A DNA stretch of 26,329 nt from Candidatus Hodarchaeota archaeon (GTDB lineage: Archaea > Asgardarchaeota > Heimdallarchaeia > Hodarchaeales > Hodarchaeaceae): contig JAEOTC010000020.1 in assembly GCA_016840035.1 (NCBI GenBank), positions 1-26,329 of the forward strand. Reading direction: 5' to 3'. Within the stretch, counting starts at the first letter, position 1; each line of letters begins with the position of its first letter. Positions 1-9,006 of this stretch are shown here, one piece after another. The notes under the pieces are model-generated. The model was not told where the DNA came from. It searched no databases and saw only the letters and a program-made list of their open reading frames with translations. The translations under genes and the position numbers were made by a program.

Positions 1-15
1 AAGGATTGTTTCTTT

Positions 16-714
16 CTAATAAATTCTTGGGAGAAGGCGATACTGAACTTCTTCCATATACTCCTTATAACCAGGAAGGTGATCTATAAGCATTCTTTCC
101 TCAATTCGGATCCTAATTATTAGTATTATAGGAAAAAACCAAGATACGATAAATGATAAAAACGATCCTAAGGCTATTGGCAAACTGATCATCATAAGTA
201 TGAATCCGACATACATCGGGTGTCGAATATAGCGATAAGGGCCGGTTGTTATTAAATCATGATCTTTATGAATTACTAAACCTTTTGAGGCATATCTATT
301 AACCTGATTCACGTATGTGATAAAGATTAATGAGAATATCATTCCAATAAAACCTAAAATTTCTATTTCAAAGGTTATAACAATCGGAGAAATTGCTAAA
401 CCATGATCAATCCCTGGAAATAAAAGAATGAATAAGAAAACCAATGAGAGAAGAGCTAAAGATGTTTTATCAGGAAAAGATTTGGTATTTGGATCGTCAG
501 TAATATATTTTCCTCTTTTTACGAGGGTATCTGGATCTGTAATTAGATAATAAAGTACGTAAATTACGATATAGCTAAGAAAGATAAAAATAAATAACCA
601 TCCTTCCAACCAAGTAAAGTCATTAGAAGGTGCAAATAACAACAATGCCATACCGGTAAAAAGAATCGGAACACCAATAATTACACGCAATATTATATTG
701 ACAAGAGGTTTCAT
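16..714 (-). CDS. Isoprenylcysteine carboxyl methyltransferase / PEMT-family membrane methyltransferase
   Basis: About 5 TM helices. C-terminal ICMT/PEMT motifs HDLITTGPYRYIRHPMYVG, RIEERML and YKEYMEEVQYRLLP. GAGGT SD upstream. Confidence 0.85.
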   Translation of the reverse strand: MKPLVNIILRVIIGVPILFTGMALLLFAPSNDFTWLEGWLFIFIFLSYIVIYVLYYLITDPDTLVKRGKYITDDPNTKSFPDKTSLALLSLVFLFILLFPGIDHGLAISPIVITFEIEILGFIGMIFSLIFITYVNQVNRYASKGLVIHKDHDLITTGPYRYIRHPMYVGFILMMISLPIALGSFLSFIVSWFFPIILIIRIRIEERMLIDHLPGYKEYMEEVQYRLLPRIY

Positions 715-759
715 AAAGAGTTACCTCTGCATTAAGATTTAAGAAGTTGATGATTGATA

Positions 760-792
760 AATTATGTAAGTCCAATTATGTAAGTCCAATTA
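760..792. repeat. Tandem direct repeat, 14-bp unit AATTATGTAAGTCC x2.4
   Basis: Exact copies at 760-773 and 774-787, partial AATTA at 788-792. Intergenic. Confidence 0.85.
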
Positions 793-802
793 GTACTCCA
801 TG

Positions 803-1378
803 TTAATTCACAAAATATTCTTTTTTCGAATTGACGTAAGCAATGACAATCCCACCGAGAACAACTTCAATTAATAGGGCCATTGTTAGCATATTCTGGA
901 TGTTTTGCCTGGTGGCTACCTCATCGATCCTAAAACCGTACGGTACTTCAGTATTTTGAATAGCAATTTCAACAAACATATCTAGCATTGTAAATGTCAT
1001 TATAGCCGATACGACAATACTTATACAATATAATGCGATAGCAGCATTTCCTCCCCACGTCTTCATATTCCATAATCCATATATAGCAAAGATTCGAAAT
1101 ATGACAAACATAAGGCAAGAAATTCCGTAAACAGGGATCAGATTTAGGCTTGTCACACCATCTGAGAGATTTCCGATGATTCCCAATGCGATTAGCACAG
1201 ATACAATCGTAATTCCAGTTGGTCTTCCGTATTGTCGATCTGGATCATAATGCGGTTCATATGCTGGGGGAGCCTGTGGTTTAATCAGATCATCCTGTGA
1301 TGGAATTCTCTGATTGCAATCAGGACAAATTGTAACGAAGTCGTCAAGTTCTTTTCCACAATTAGTGCAGTATCTCAT
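803..1378 (-). CDS. Zinc-ribbon domain membrane protein
   Basis: N-terminal CTNC...CPDC zinc ribbon, Pro-rich linker, then about 4 TM helices starting RPTGITIVSVL. Confidence 0.75.
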   Translation of the reverse strand: MRYCTNCGKELDDFVTICPDCNQRIPSQDDLIKPQAPPAYEPHYDPDRQYGRPTGITIVSVLIALGIIGNLSDGVTSLNLIPVYGISCLMFVIFRIFAIYGLWNMKTWGGNAAIALYCISIVVSAIMTFTMLDMFVEIAIQNTEVPYGFRIDEVATRQNIQNMLTMALLIEVVLGGIVIAYVNSKKEYFVN

Positions 1379-1436
1379 CCATTACCCTCTTTAGAGTAGG
1401 TTATGTTAGAAGTGAACATCATCTCAGTATTTGCAA

Positions 1437-1450
1437 TATTTAAGGCTTTT
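1437..1450 (-). promoter_or_regulatory. Putative archaeal BRE+TATA promoter of the zinc-ribbon gene
   Basis: Minus strand reads AAAAGC-CTTAAATA about 60 nt upstream of the ATG at 1378. Confidence 0.5.
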
Positions 1451-1640
1451 GGGAAGTGTAATTCTCCTTATATATTATTTAAACCATTTTTAAAAGGAAC
1501 CTGACTTCTTCATAATCTCCTTGGTTTTCACTTCTTGAAGAATCCCTTTTGAGAGGTAAACGAATAAACATCTAAGCTTAGGATACCGAAATTCACATGG
1601 AAACGAAATGACAATATGTCAGAATAAAAAACAAGTAAAA

Positions 1641-2930
1641 TCATTGTAATGATTTAGTAAATTCTTCTAGAATATTAGAAGCTGTGACAAGATTGGGAGC
1701 GTAATTCCTAATGAACTCTACAGGATTCTTTTCGATCTCTAAGGATCTTTCCATATATTCATTTAAAATGAGGCCTCCATCATAGTCAACTGTTGATAAA
1801 CGAAGACAAAGATTCTTTCTTGGCATACCAAATTCAGAACCTGGTAAGCTAGCTAAGTTATATTTCTTTAGCAAATATTTCGCTAGCATCTTTGAAGTTC
1901 TTATTCCCATTTCTTTCAACGTTTTTTTGTGGTTATTCCAATCCGGAAATAAATAAAATCCCCCTTTTGGAGGTAAACATGAAATTCCAGCTTTTTCCAT
2001 ACGCTCATAGACATAATTAGTCATTATTTTATGAATCGCTGTGCATTTTTGAATGAAAGTAAGCATTTCTTTATCAGGAGTATACGCCTCAATTGCTGCA
2101 TATTGGATTGGGGAAGATGCAGAGGACCAAATCTCGCTAATAATGGATAAAATGGATCGTTTAACGTCATCATTTCTTTTAGGGAGTAAGAGAACCCCTA
2201 GTCGATATCCACCCAATGAACGATCTTTTGAGAACCCTCCGGTTATTATTGTCCCTTCAGGATAGAATTCTGCCATAGAATGATGATCTTGTCCATTATA
2301 ACTAATTAACGAATATATTTCATCAGAAATCACAATCACATTGTGTTTTCTTAGGATTGGGACTAAAGCCTCAAGTTGTTCTTTGGAGTATGATTGAGCA
2401 GTCGGATTACCTGGATAATTCAGTAGTAAAAGCTTCTGTGTGGATAATTCCAAATGTGTTTTTTCTAAGGCTGCTAATAGCAACGATGGAGTTAGTAAGT
2501 ATGAGTTTTCAGGGGATGTTTCAAGGAAAAGGACTTTTTTATGAACTAAATAGGCCTGATGTTGGTAACTTACCCAAGAAGGTGTTGGGAGTAAAAGTGG
2601 GCCTTCCAATGCAGCAATAGCATGAAAAATTAGTGATTTGCTTCCAAGAGCAACAATTACTTGTTTTGGTTTGAATTTTAATCCAAAAGCTTTCTTATAG
2701 AACACACAAATCTGTTTTCTAAGGGCAAGAAATCCCTGTGTGGGTGAATAATACTTTTTATCCGCATGAGTACAAAGTGCCTGTTTAACTCTAGGGTGTA
2801 CTGGAAAAGGAGATTCTCCAAATCCCATATGATAAATTTTTTGTCCTTTCTGACGTTTTTTAACCACTAGTTCGTTAATTGCTAGAGTAGCTGAGGGTTT
2901 TAGTTTCTTAATCTCTGGGACTATTTCCAT
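1641..2930 (-). CDS. PLP-dependent class I/II aminotransferase (aspartate aminotransferase-like)
   Basis: Motifs HMGFGES, GSK (subgroup Ib acidic-substrate Lys), NYPGNPT, SDEIY, GFSKDRSLGGYRLG (PLP Lys), PKGGFYLF, PGSEFG and LRLS. Confidence 0.9.
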   Translation of the reverse strand: MEIVPEIKKLKPSATLAINELVVKKRQKGQKIYHMGFGESPFPVHPRVKQALCTHADKKYYSPTQGFLALRKQICVFYKKAFGLKFKPKQVIVALGSKSLIFHAIAALEGPLLLPTPSWVSYQHQAYLVHKKVLFLETSPENSYLLTPSLLLAALEKTHLELSTQKLLLLNYPGNPTAQSYSKEQLEALVPILRKHNVIVISDEIYSLISYNGQDHHSMAEFYPEGTIITGGFSKDRSLGGYRLGVLLLPKRNDDVKRSILSIISEIWSSASSPIQYAAIEAYTPDKEMLTFIQKCTAIHKIMTNYVYERMEKAGISCLPPKGGFYLFPDWNNHKKTLKEMGIRTSKMLAKYLLKKYNLASLPGSEFGMPRKNLCLRLSTVDYDGGLILNEYMERSLEIEKNPVEFIRNYAPNLVTASNILEEFTKSLQ

Positions 2931-3099
2931 TTTTTATTTTCCTGCTCAATGTAAAGCATTTCACATTTGAGAGTATCGATATCGCTTCTGAAGTAGTATC
3001 TAACCCGTTACAACCCCTTATAAAAAGGTGATGAATGCTGATTTCGAAAGGATGGAGAAAAGAAGAATTTCAATTTTTCATGTCATTTCATTCATCTGA

Positions 3100-3115
3100 G
3101 AAATATTAATATTTC
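3100..3115. promoter_or_regulatory. Perfect 16-bp palindrome GAAATATTAATATTTC, candidate operator
   Basis: Self-reverse-complementary. Lies in the divergent aminotransferase/aminomutase intergenic region. Confidence 0.4.
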
Positions 3116-3214
3116 ACGGAATTCAGAAAGAAAATTAGATATTCTCCTTATAACTTGGATTTATGTCAAAATTATCTAATGATTTTTGAAAGTAAAAGGA
3201 CAGGAACATTAATA

Positions 3215-5029
3215 ATGTTAACAAGTACCGAAAAAATCAAGCCTAAATGGGAAAACTGTTGGAATGCTGATCCTGCAATCTATATGTTGCTTAAGAGAAG
3301 TAATACTGTAAATGAAGCCAGAGAAAAATTGCTACACTATTTGGAGGGACTAGAGTGGGCATATAGGAGAGATGTCACAGAAATTGCATCTTGGGATTAT
3401 ATTATACTCAAAGAGGCTGTTCGATGCTTGAAAAATATTATTTCTCCGCGTAATGAGAGACTAGCTCTTTGTTCCTCATTAGAATTGCTTTGGAAAGCTG
3501 CTGCTACAGGAGATGCAGAGGTCGAATATGGCTTTATCCAAGAATTTTATCATCTTTTCAACGCAATTAATGGGAATGCAAAAATTTATCCCCCTTTGTA
3601 TTTGGATAAATTGAGTATTCCTAATTTTGAAGGTCTTTATGGACAAGAAGCTAGTATCAAAAGATCAGACTACTTAGACCAGCTTTCGCAGAGTATGCAG
3701 TCCCGTGTTAAAAGATATCCAAGTGGATTTAATCCCGAGATTATCCAAGAGAGGATTCAACATAAAATAAAGATATTAGATGCATTAGGAGGGACTGAAG
3801 ATGATTGGATGGATTGGAGATGGCAATTTAAACATGTTTTCAAAGATTTGGATAACTTTGAAGTATTAAAAGACCTTATCGAATTAACTTCAGAGGAGGA
3901 GTCAGCTATACAGCTTGCTCTCGAGAATAACATACCTTTTGGAATCACTCCCCATTATTTACATCTAATGGACGAAAAACCAAATTCAAAAGATCTAGCT
4001 GTACGTAGACAAGTTATCCCACCTATTTCATATGTAAAAAAGATGATTGATGTTGGAGATGATCGCTCATCTCTTGATTTCATGCGTGAATCAGACACTA
4101 CTCCAATCAAGCTAGTCACTCGGAGGTATCCAAAGGTCGCAATTATCAAACCTTATGATTCTTGTCCGCAAATTTGTGTTTACTGTCAAAGAAATTGGGA
4201 GATCACTTCCCCATTTATGCCTAGAGCCATGGCTGATAAAAAAGACTTGGAAAATGCCTTAAATTGGTTTAAAGAGCATCCTGAGATTATGGATGTATTG
4301 ATCACTGGCGGGGATCCTTTAGTAATGTCAAATGATCGGATTAAATATATAATAGATGCTTTATCCAGAATTGAAACAGTTCGAAGCATTCGTATTGCCA
4401 CTAGAATACCCATTACTGTTCCAATGAGAATTACAAAGGATTTATGTGAGATTTTTGCGAAATATCAAGAAATAGGGAAGAGATACCTTAGCATGGTGAT
4501 CCATGTAGAACATCCGTATGAAATCACTTTTCATATGGCTGATGCGATTAAGAAGGTTAAGCAAAGTGAATTAGATGTATATAACCAACAGGTTTTTACT
4601 TTTTACAACAGTAAACGATTTGAAACTGTTGCATTAAGACTTAAACTTAAAGAAATCGGAATTGATCCATACTATAGTTTTAATATGAAAGGTAAAGATG
4701 AAATCAAGGACTATTCAGTTCCCATGGCTAGGATTTTACAAGAAAGAAAAGAAGAAGCTCGTCTACTACCTGGAATCTTCCGTGGTGATGAGCCAGTATT
4801 CAACGTTCCTTTTCTAGGGAAGAATCACTTACGTGCATGGCAAGATCACGAATTAATTTCCATACTTCCTGATGGAAAAAGAATGTACTCTTTCCATCCT
4901 TGGGAAAAGAATCTGGCGAAAGTAAAACCTTATCTCTATGTTGATGTTAGTATTCAATCCTACCTAGATAAATTATTAGAAGCGGGTGAGGATCCATCTG
5001 ATTATCGAAGTATCTGGTACTACTACTAA
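3215..5029 (+). CDS. eam: KamA-family radical SAM/PLP aminomutase, long form; probable glutamate 2,3-aminomutase
   Basis: WMDWRWQ, FGITPHY, RRYP, CPQICVYCQR (CxxxCxxC plus Arg), LITGGDPL, RIATR and PLP Lys in VPFLGK. Lys (PYYSFNMK) and Asn (PVFNVP) sit where lysine aminomutase has Asp293/Asp330. The ATG at 3215 with AGGA upstream is preferred over the TTG at 3155. KamA family about 0.95 certain; substrate call about 0.7. Confidence 0.8.
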   Translation: MLTSTEKIKPKWENCWNADPAIYMLLKRSNTVNEAREKLLHYLEGLEWAYRRDVTEIASWDYIILKEAVRCLKNIISPRNERLALCSSLELLWKAAATGDAEVEYGFIQEFYHLFNAINGNAKIYPPLYLDKLSIPNFEGLYGQEASIKRSDYLDQLSQSMQSRVKRYPSGFNPEIIQERIQHKIKILDALGGTEDDWMDWRWQFKHVFKDLDNFEVLKDLIELTSEEESAIQLALENNIPFGITPHYLHLMDEKPNSKDLAVRRQVIPPISYVKKMIDVGDDRSSLDFMRESDTTPIKLVTRRYPKVAIIKPYDSCPQICVYCQRNWEITSPFMPRAMADKKDLENALNWFKEHPEIMDVLITGGDPLVMSNDRIKYIIDALSRIETVRSIRIATRIPITVPMRITKDLCEIFAKYQEIGKRYLSMVIHVEHPYEITFHMADAIKKVKQSELDVYNQQVFTFYNSKRFETVALRLKLKEIGIDPYYSFNMKGKDEIKDYSVPMARILQERKEEARLLPGIFRGDEPVFNVPFLGKNHLRAWQDHELISILPDGKRMYSFHPWEKNLAKVKPYLYVDVSIQSYLDKLLEAGEDPSDYRSIWYYY

Positions 5030-5081
5030 TTATCTTTTATAATGAATCAAGAAGAATCAAACTGAAGACTGTGGAATGTAA

Positions 5082-5471
5082 ATGGTAGAAATAATAAAAA
5101 CTGATAAGGGGACTCCCCCTGGTGGATATTATAGTCAAGGAGTGAAAGCTGGAGATTTTGTTTTTATTGCTGGACAAGTTGCGGTCGATCCAGAAACTAA
5201 GAAATTAGTAACCGAAAATATCGAAGCTGAAACAAATCAAATCATGCAGAATCTCTCTGCAATTGCGAAAGCAGCTGGTACGTCTTTAGAACACACCGTT
5301 AAAACTACAGTTTTTTTGACAGATATGAGACTGTTTGAGAGATTCAATAAAACTTATGCAAAATATTTTCCTAAAAACCCTCCTGCACGGTCAACAGTTC
5401 AGGTTGGTCCCTTACTAAGAGAATTTCACGTAGAAATTGAAGCTATAGTTTATTGTCCTCCTAAATCTTAA
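5082..5471 (+). CDS. ridA: RidA-family reactive intermediate/imine deaminase
   Basis: YSQGV, FIAGQV, VKTTVFL, FNKTYAKYF, PARST (catalytic Arg) and VEIEAIV. Confidence 0.92.
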   Translation: MVEIIKTDKGTPPGGYYSQGVKAGDFVFIAGQVAVDPETKKLVTENIEAETNQIMQNLSAIAKAAGTSLEHTVKTTVFLTDMRLFERFNKTYAKYFPKNPPARSTVQVGPLLREFHVEIEAIVYCPPKS

Positions 5472-5478
5472 GAAATTC

Positions 5479-6711
5479 TTATTTCTTATTTTTTATAGGT
5501 ATTAACGTAAGAAATGCCCCCATCGAGAAAATGATTCCAAATATAAATATCAGAAGATAATTACTTGGAAATAGTGTAATTAAAAAACCATCTAATGTTG
5601 GTCCTACAGCTCGTACAACATTTACGGTCAACATGAACCCACCAAAGGCACTACCAATTTGTATTGTGTTTTGAGCTAAGAAACTATTCGTAACTGGCCA
5701 GAAAATTGCATTAACAACAAATAATACCATATATAACAAAAATAACACTAAAGGAATATTGAAAACAAAAATTCCAAAAATTACAATGCCTTGAAGAGCG
5801 GATGCAAACAAAAGAGCAGTTTTCTCAGAGAACCTATCTGCCATACTACCACCCAATAGTTGACCTGAAGCTCCGAATAGATGTGAAACCCCAATAAATA
5901 AAGCGGCATCAGAGATTTCAAACCCCTTGATTTCAGAAAGGAAAGGTGCAAGTATAAAGTTAATCATTCCCCATGTTAGGGACATTAAAAACATAAATAC
6001 AAATATTATTAATAAATTGGAGTTTATCTTAAATTTTAGGTTAGAAGTCAGAATATTTCCACTATTCTTTTTATAATTGACTTCTGATTTAATTCTTGGG
6101 GATTCATGTCTGGCAACAAAAACCCAAAACAACAAACTTAAAAGAAATAACGGAAACGACCACATTATATATATTTCATGCCAAGTCATGACATCTATTA
6201 AGAAAAAAACAGAAATCGGTCCAATTGAAGATCCAATTGTACCTCCAACACCGTGAATACCTAAAATTCTGTTTAAATAAGCAGAATATTCTCCTTTTTC
6301 TTCATTTTTGTAGGCTGAAGTTACCCATGATAAACCAGGTGGATGATAGAGTCCCACTCCTAATCCTACCAGGCTAAATCCAAAGGAAACACCAATGAGG
6401 GAGGGGCCCACTAATCCAATAATGAATGCACCTGAGGCACTAAGGATTAAGCTCAAACACATCATCTTACCACGTTGAATATGATCTGATAACCATCCGA
6501 ATAGAGGTGCTGGTAAACCTGCAGCTAATGTTCCAATTGTACCAATGGTTCCTAGACCAATCCAAGTATATTCCCCTAAGTTTAGGTCTTCTCCAACCGT
6601 AAGAACTAGCACTGGAAAAATAAAATAGGGGATTTCAACTGTGAGGTGAACAAGAAATGCAGAAACAAGGCTAGACCTTGCAGATAGTGTCTTCTTATAA
6701 GGAATAGACAT
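5479..6711 (-). CDS. MFS transporter
   Basis: About 12 TM helices, motif A twice (GWLSDHIQRG, GSMADRFSEK), GLYHP. Starts 15 bp after the LivG-like gene. Confidence 0.9.
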   Translation of the reverse strand: MSIPYKKTLSARSSLVSAFLVHLTVEIPYFIFPVLVLTVGEDLNLGEYTWIGLGTIGTIGTLAAGLPAPLFGWLSDHIQRGKMMCLSLILSASGAFIIGLVGPSLIGVSFGFSLVGLGVGLYHPPGLSWVTSAYKNEEKGEYSAYLNRILGIHGVGGTIGSSIGPISVFFLIDVMTWHEIYIMWSFPLFLLSLLFWVFVARHESPRIKSEVNYKKNSGNILTSNLKFKINSNLLIIFVFMFLMSLTWGMINFILAPFLSEIKGFEISDAALFIGVSHLFGASGQLLGGSMADRFSEKTALLFASALQGIVIFGIFVFNIPLVLFLLYMVLFVVNAIFWPVTNSFLAQNTIQIGSAFGGFMLTVNVVRAVGPTLDGFLITLFPSNYLLIFIFGIIFSMGAFLTLIPIKNKK

Positions 6712-6726
6712 TTTAGTCGTCTTAGA

Positions 6727-7608
6727 TTAATAATCTGCCCCTAAATAAGCCTCAATTACTTCTTTATTAGTTTCTATTTCTTTAGGAGTACCTTGAGCAA
6801 TGATTTTTCCTCTGGCCATTACATAGATTTCATCGGAGTAATTAAACACTACATCCATATTATGTTCAATAAGAAAAATCGTAGAGTCTGACTTGAGCTC
6901 TAAAATCTTGTCCATAATCTTATTCCCCAAAGTAGGATTTACTCCAGCCATTGGTTCGTCTAATAGGATTAATCGTGGAGCAGTCATCAGCAGTCTACCA
7001 ATGGCAAGAAGTTTTAATTGTCCTCCGGATAGTTCTTCCCCTAATTGATCACGGATGTGAGTAATCTCAAGGAAATCTAGTATCTCAAGTGCTTTCAAAA
7101 CATTTCGACGTTCCTCTTCCCTTATCTTCCTTTTACGGAAAAATATGTTGAAAAAACCTTCTCCTGTTTGTTTATGAGGGGCAACAAGTAGATTTTCCAA
7201 TACCGTTAACTTTGGCCAATTACGAGTAGTCTGGAATGTTCTGAGCATGCCTGTTAATGCTGCTTCATGAGTGTTCATACCATCAATCCGAACATCCTCA
7301 AATTGGACATGTCCAACATCTTCATGTTCTACCTTTGGAGATCGATCAAATCTTTGAGAAAACCAATTGATAATGGAATTACTGTATTCCTGCGATTCCA
7401 TCTCCTCGTGTTCCTTGGGAATTGTTTTTTCTAGCCACGCTGTAACTACATTGAAAAAAGTTGTTTTCCCAGAGCCATTAGGGCCAATTAATGAGACTAG
7501 TTTGTTCTTTGTTACTAATATACTTGCACCTTCAAGAGCTCGTACGCCTCCGAAGTATTTATGAAGATTTTGTGCATCTAAACTTAAATTCTTTTCAGTT
7601 GAAGTCAT
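6727..7608 (-). CDS. livG: Amino-acid (Liv-type) ABC transporter ATP-binding protein, LivG-like
   Basis: Walker A GPNGSGKTT, RTFQ, LSGGQ, LLDEPMAGVNP, IEHNM and C-terminal VIEAYLG. About 34-aa insertion after Walker A. Confidence 0.9.
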   Translation of the reverse strand: MTSTEKNLSLDAQNLHKYFGGVRALEGASILVTKNKLVSLIGPNGSGKTTFFNVVTAWLEKTIPKEHEEMESQEYSNSIINWFSQRFDRSPKVEHEDVGHVQFEDVRIDGMNTHEAALTGMLRTFQTTRNWPKLTVLENLLVAPHKQTGEGFFNIFFRKRKIREEERRNVLKALEILDFLEITHIRDQLGEELSGGQLKLLAIGRLLMTAPRLILLDEPMAGVNPTLGNKIMDKILELKSDSTIFLIEHNMDVVFNYSDEIYVMARGKIIAQGTPKEIETNKEVIEAYLGADY

Positions 7609-8985
7609 TTAAGCACCTTCCTTAGCCGGAGCTTTATCTTCTTCGTCGATCCTTTCTCTCTCTGTTAAACTTTGTCTTCGACTCACGGCTAAATCTGAAT
7701 CCTCCCTCTCTTCGGTAGTAAGTAGCTTTAGATACTTCTCATTATCCGTTTTCGGTTCCCGAATTAATCCAGCGGGTTTGAAGAGAAGAAATAAGACCAA
7801 AATTATACCTAGAATTACGAATCGAAGATTAAATGGGTTTATAAAAACATCTAATTGCAGAAATTCCAATATTGGGCCTAGAAGAGGAGTATCTGGACCA
7901 AAGTAGAAGCTGAAATTTTCCTTAACAGCATCTACCTGACCAGCACGCAAAAACATCGTCACTAGTGCTGTTCCAGCAAACGCACCTTTACTATTCCCTA
8001 ATCCACCAATTATAATGAACATATATAGTTGAAATGTTAAGGCAGGTCGAAATTCAGCTGCTTCAAAAGCCCCAAAAGTTGTAGCATACATGACACCAGC
8101 TAAACCAGCTAATAAGGCAGCTACGGTTGTAATTTGCCAGCGAAAGCGCGCAACATCCTTTCCTACAGAGGTTACCGTGATATCATCCTCACGAATCGCT
8201 CGAATGGTTCGACCATAAGGTGATTTCCGAATTTGTTGAACAAGCCAGTAAGTCAATAGACTGATCAATAAAAATACCCCTACTAATAGGATTTCCCATA
8301 AGAAGACATTCCCCCATGTAAAATCAGTAACTTTCCAACCAGCAGGTATCAGGTTAGATCCAAGTAATGAATCAAATAATTCTATTGGTATTATTATAAT
8401 TCGGATAATGAGAATAGTTACTCCATTAAAGGGCGTTAGGTCGATTACTTGATCGAAGAACCCGGTAAATTGGATTTTAAACTTGTTTGTTATTACCTGA
8501 GTATTAGTTCCCGCTGGAGAAAGTACCCATAACCATCTTTTTTCATATGCTAGCATAAGACGGATAATTTCTCCTCCAGCAATTGTCATAATTGCAAAAT
8601 AGTCTGCACGCAATTTCACTGTAGGGATTGAGATGAAATATCCCACAACAGCAGAGAGAAGCAGTGCCAATAATACCGCAATTGGAAAAGGAACACCCCA
8701 TTCACTATAGAGGAGAGTAGATGTATATGCACCAATTGCAAAAAATCCCACTTTACCGAAATTTGGTAGTCCCATACTCCCCACTTCAAGATCAAGACTT
8801 ATTGCACCTACAAAAAAAACCATTATAGTTGTTAGTGTCCCTACTATCCATGTTCCTCTAATATCGATCCCAAACAAAAACGCATATAAATATAGTATTA
8901 AAATCGGGACAGCTAAAGCCAAACCAATGTATAATTCTGATCTTCCTTCTACTAAGTTACCCACACTTTCCGAATTTTTCTTCAT
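7609..8985 (-). CDS. livM: Liv-type ABC permease, LivM-like
   Basis: GLPNFGKVGFFAIGAY, LRADYFAIMTIAGGEIIR, SPYGRTIRAIRED and IIGGLGN. Confidence 0.9.
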   Translation of the reverse strand: MKKNSESVGNLVEGRSELYIGLALAVPILILYLYAFLFGIDIRGTWIVGTLTTIMVFFVGAISLDLEVGSMGLPNFGKVGFFAIGAYTSTLLYSEWGVPFPIAVLLALLLSAVVGYFISIPTVKLRADYFAIMTIAGGEIIRLMLAYEKRWLWVLSPAGTNTQVITNKFKIQFTGFFDQVIDLTPFNGVTILIIRIIIIPIELFDSLLGSNLIPAGWKVTDFTWGNVFLWEILLVGVFLLISLLTYWLVQQIRKSPYGRTIRAIREDDITVTSVGKDVARFRWQITTVAALLAGLAGVMYATTFGAFEAAEFRPALTFQLYMFIIIGGLGNSKGAFAGTALVTMFLRAGQVDAVKENFSFYFGPDTPLLGPILEFLQLDVFINPFNLRFVILGIILVLFLLFKPAGLIREPKTDNEKYLKLLTTEEREDSDLAVSRRQSLTERERIDEEDKAPAKEGA

Positions 8986-9006
8986 ATTGTGTTTCCTCCT
9001 GAAAAG

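Noticed and set aside
16-714. ICMT-like methyltransferase as a prenyl-processing partner of the Rab-like GTPase
   Set aside because: The family is widespread in prokaryotes, the gene is 14 kb away, and the GTPase has no C-terminal cysteine.
2053-2620. Short ORFs antisense to the aminotransferase, and similar ones inside the aminomutase, liv, propeller, sdh, nitrilase, phosphorylase and peptidase genes
   Set aside because: They are shadow or alternate-frame ORFs fully inside well-supported genes, with no motifs.
3215-5029. Lysine 2,3-aminomutase (kamA/ablA) or EF-P modification enzyme EpmB
   Set aside because: The lysine-binding aspartates appear replaced by Lys/Asn, and there is no ablB, kamDE, efp or epmA nearby.
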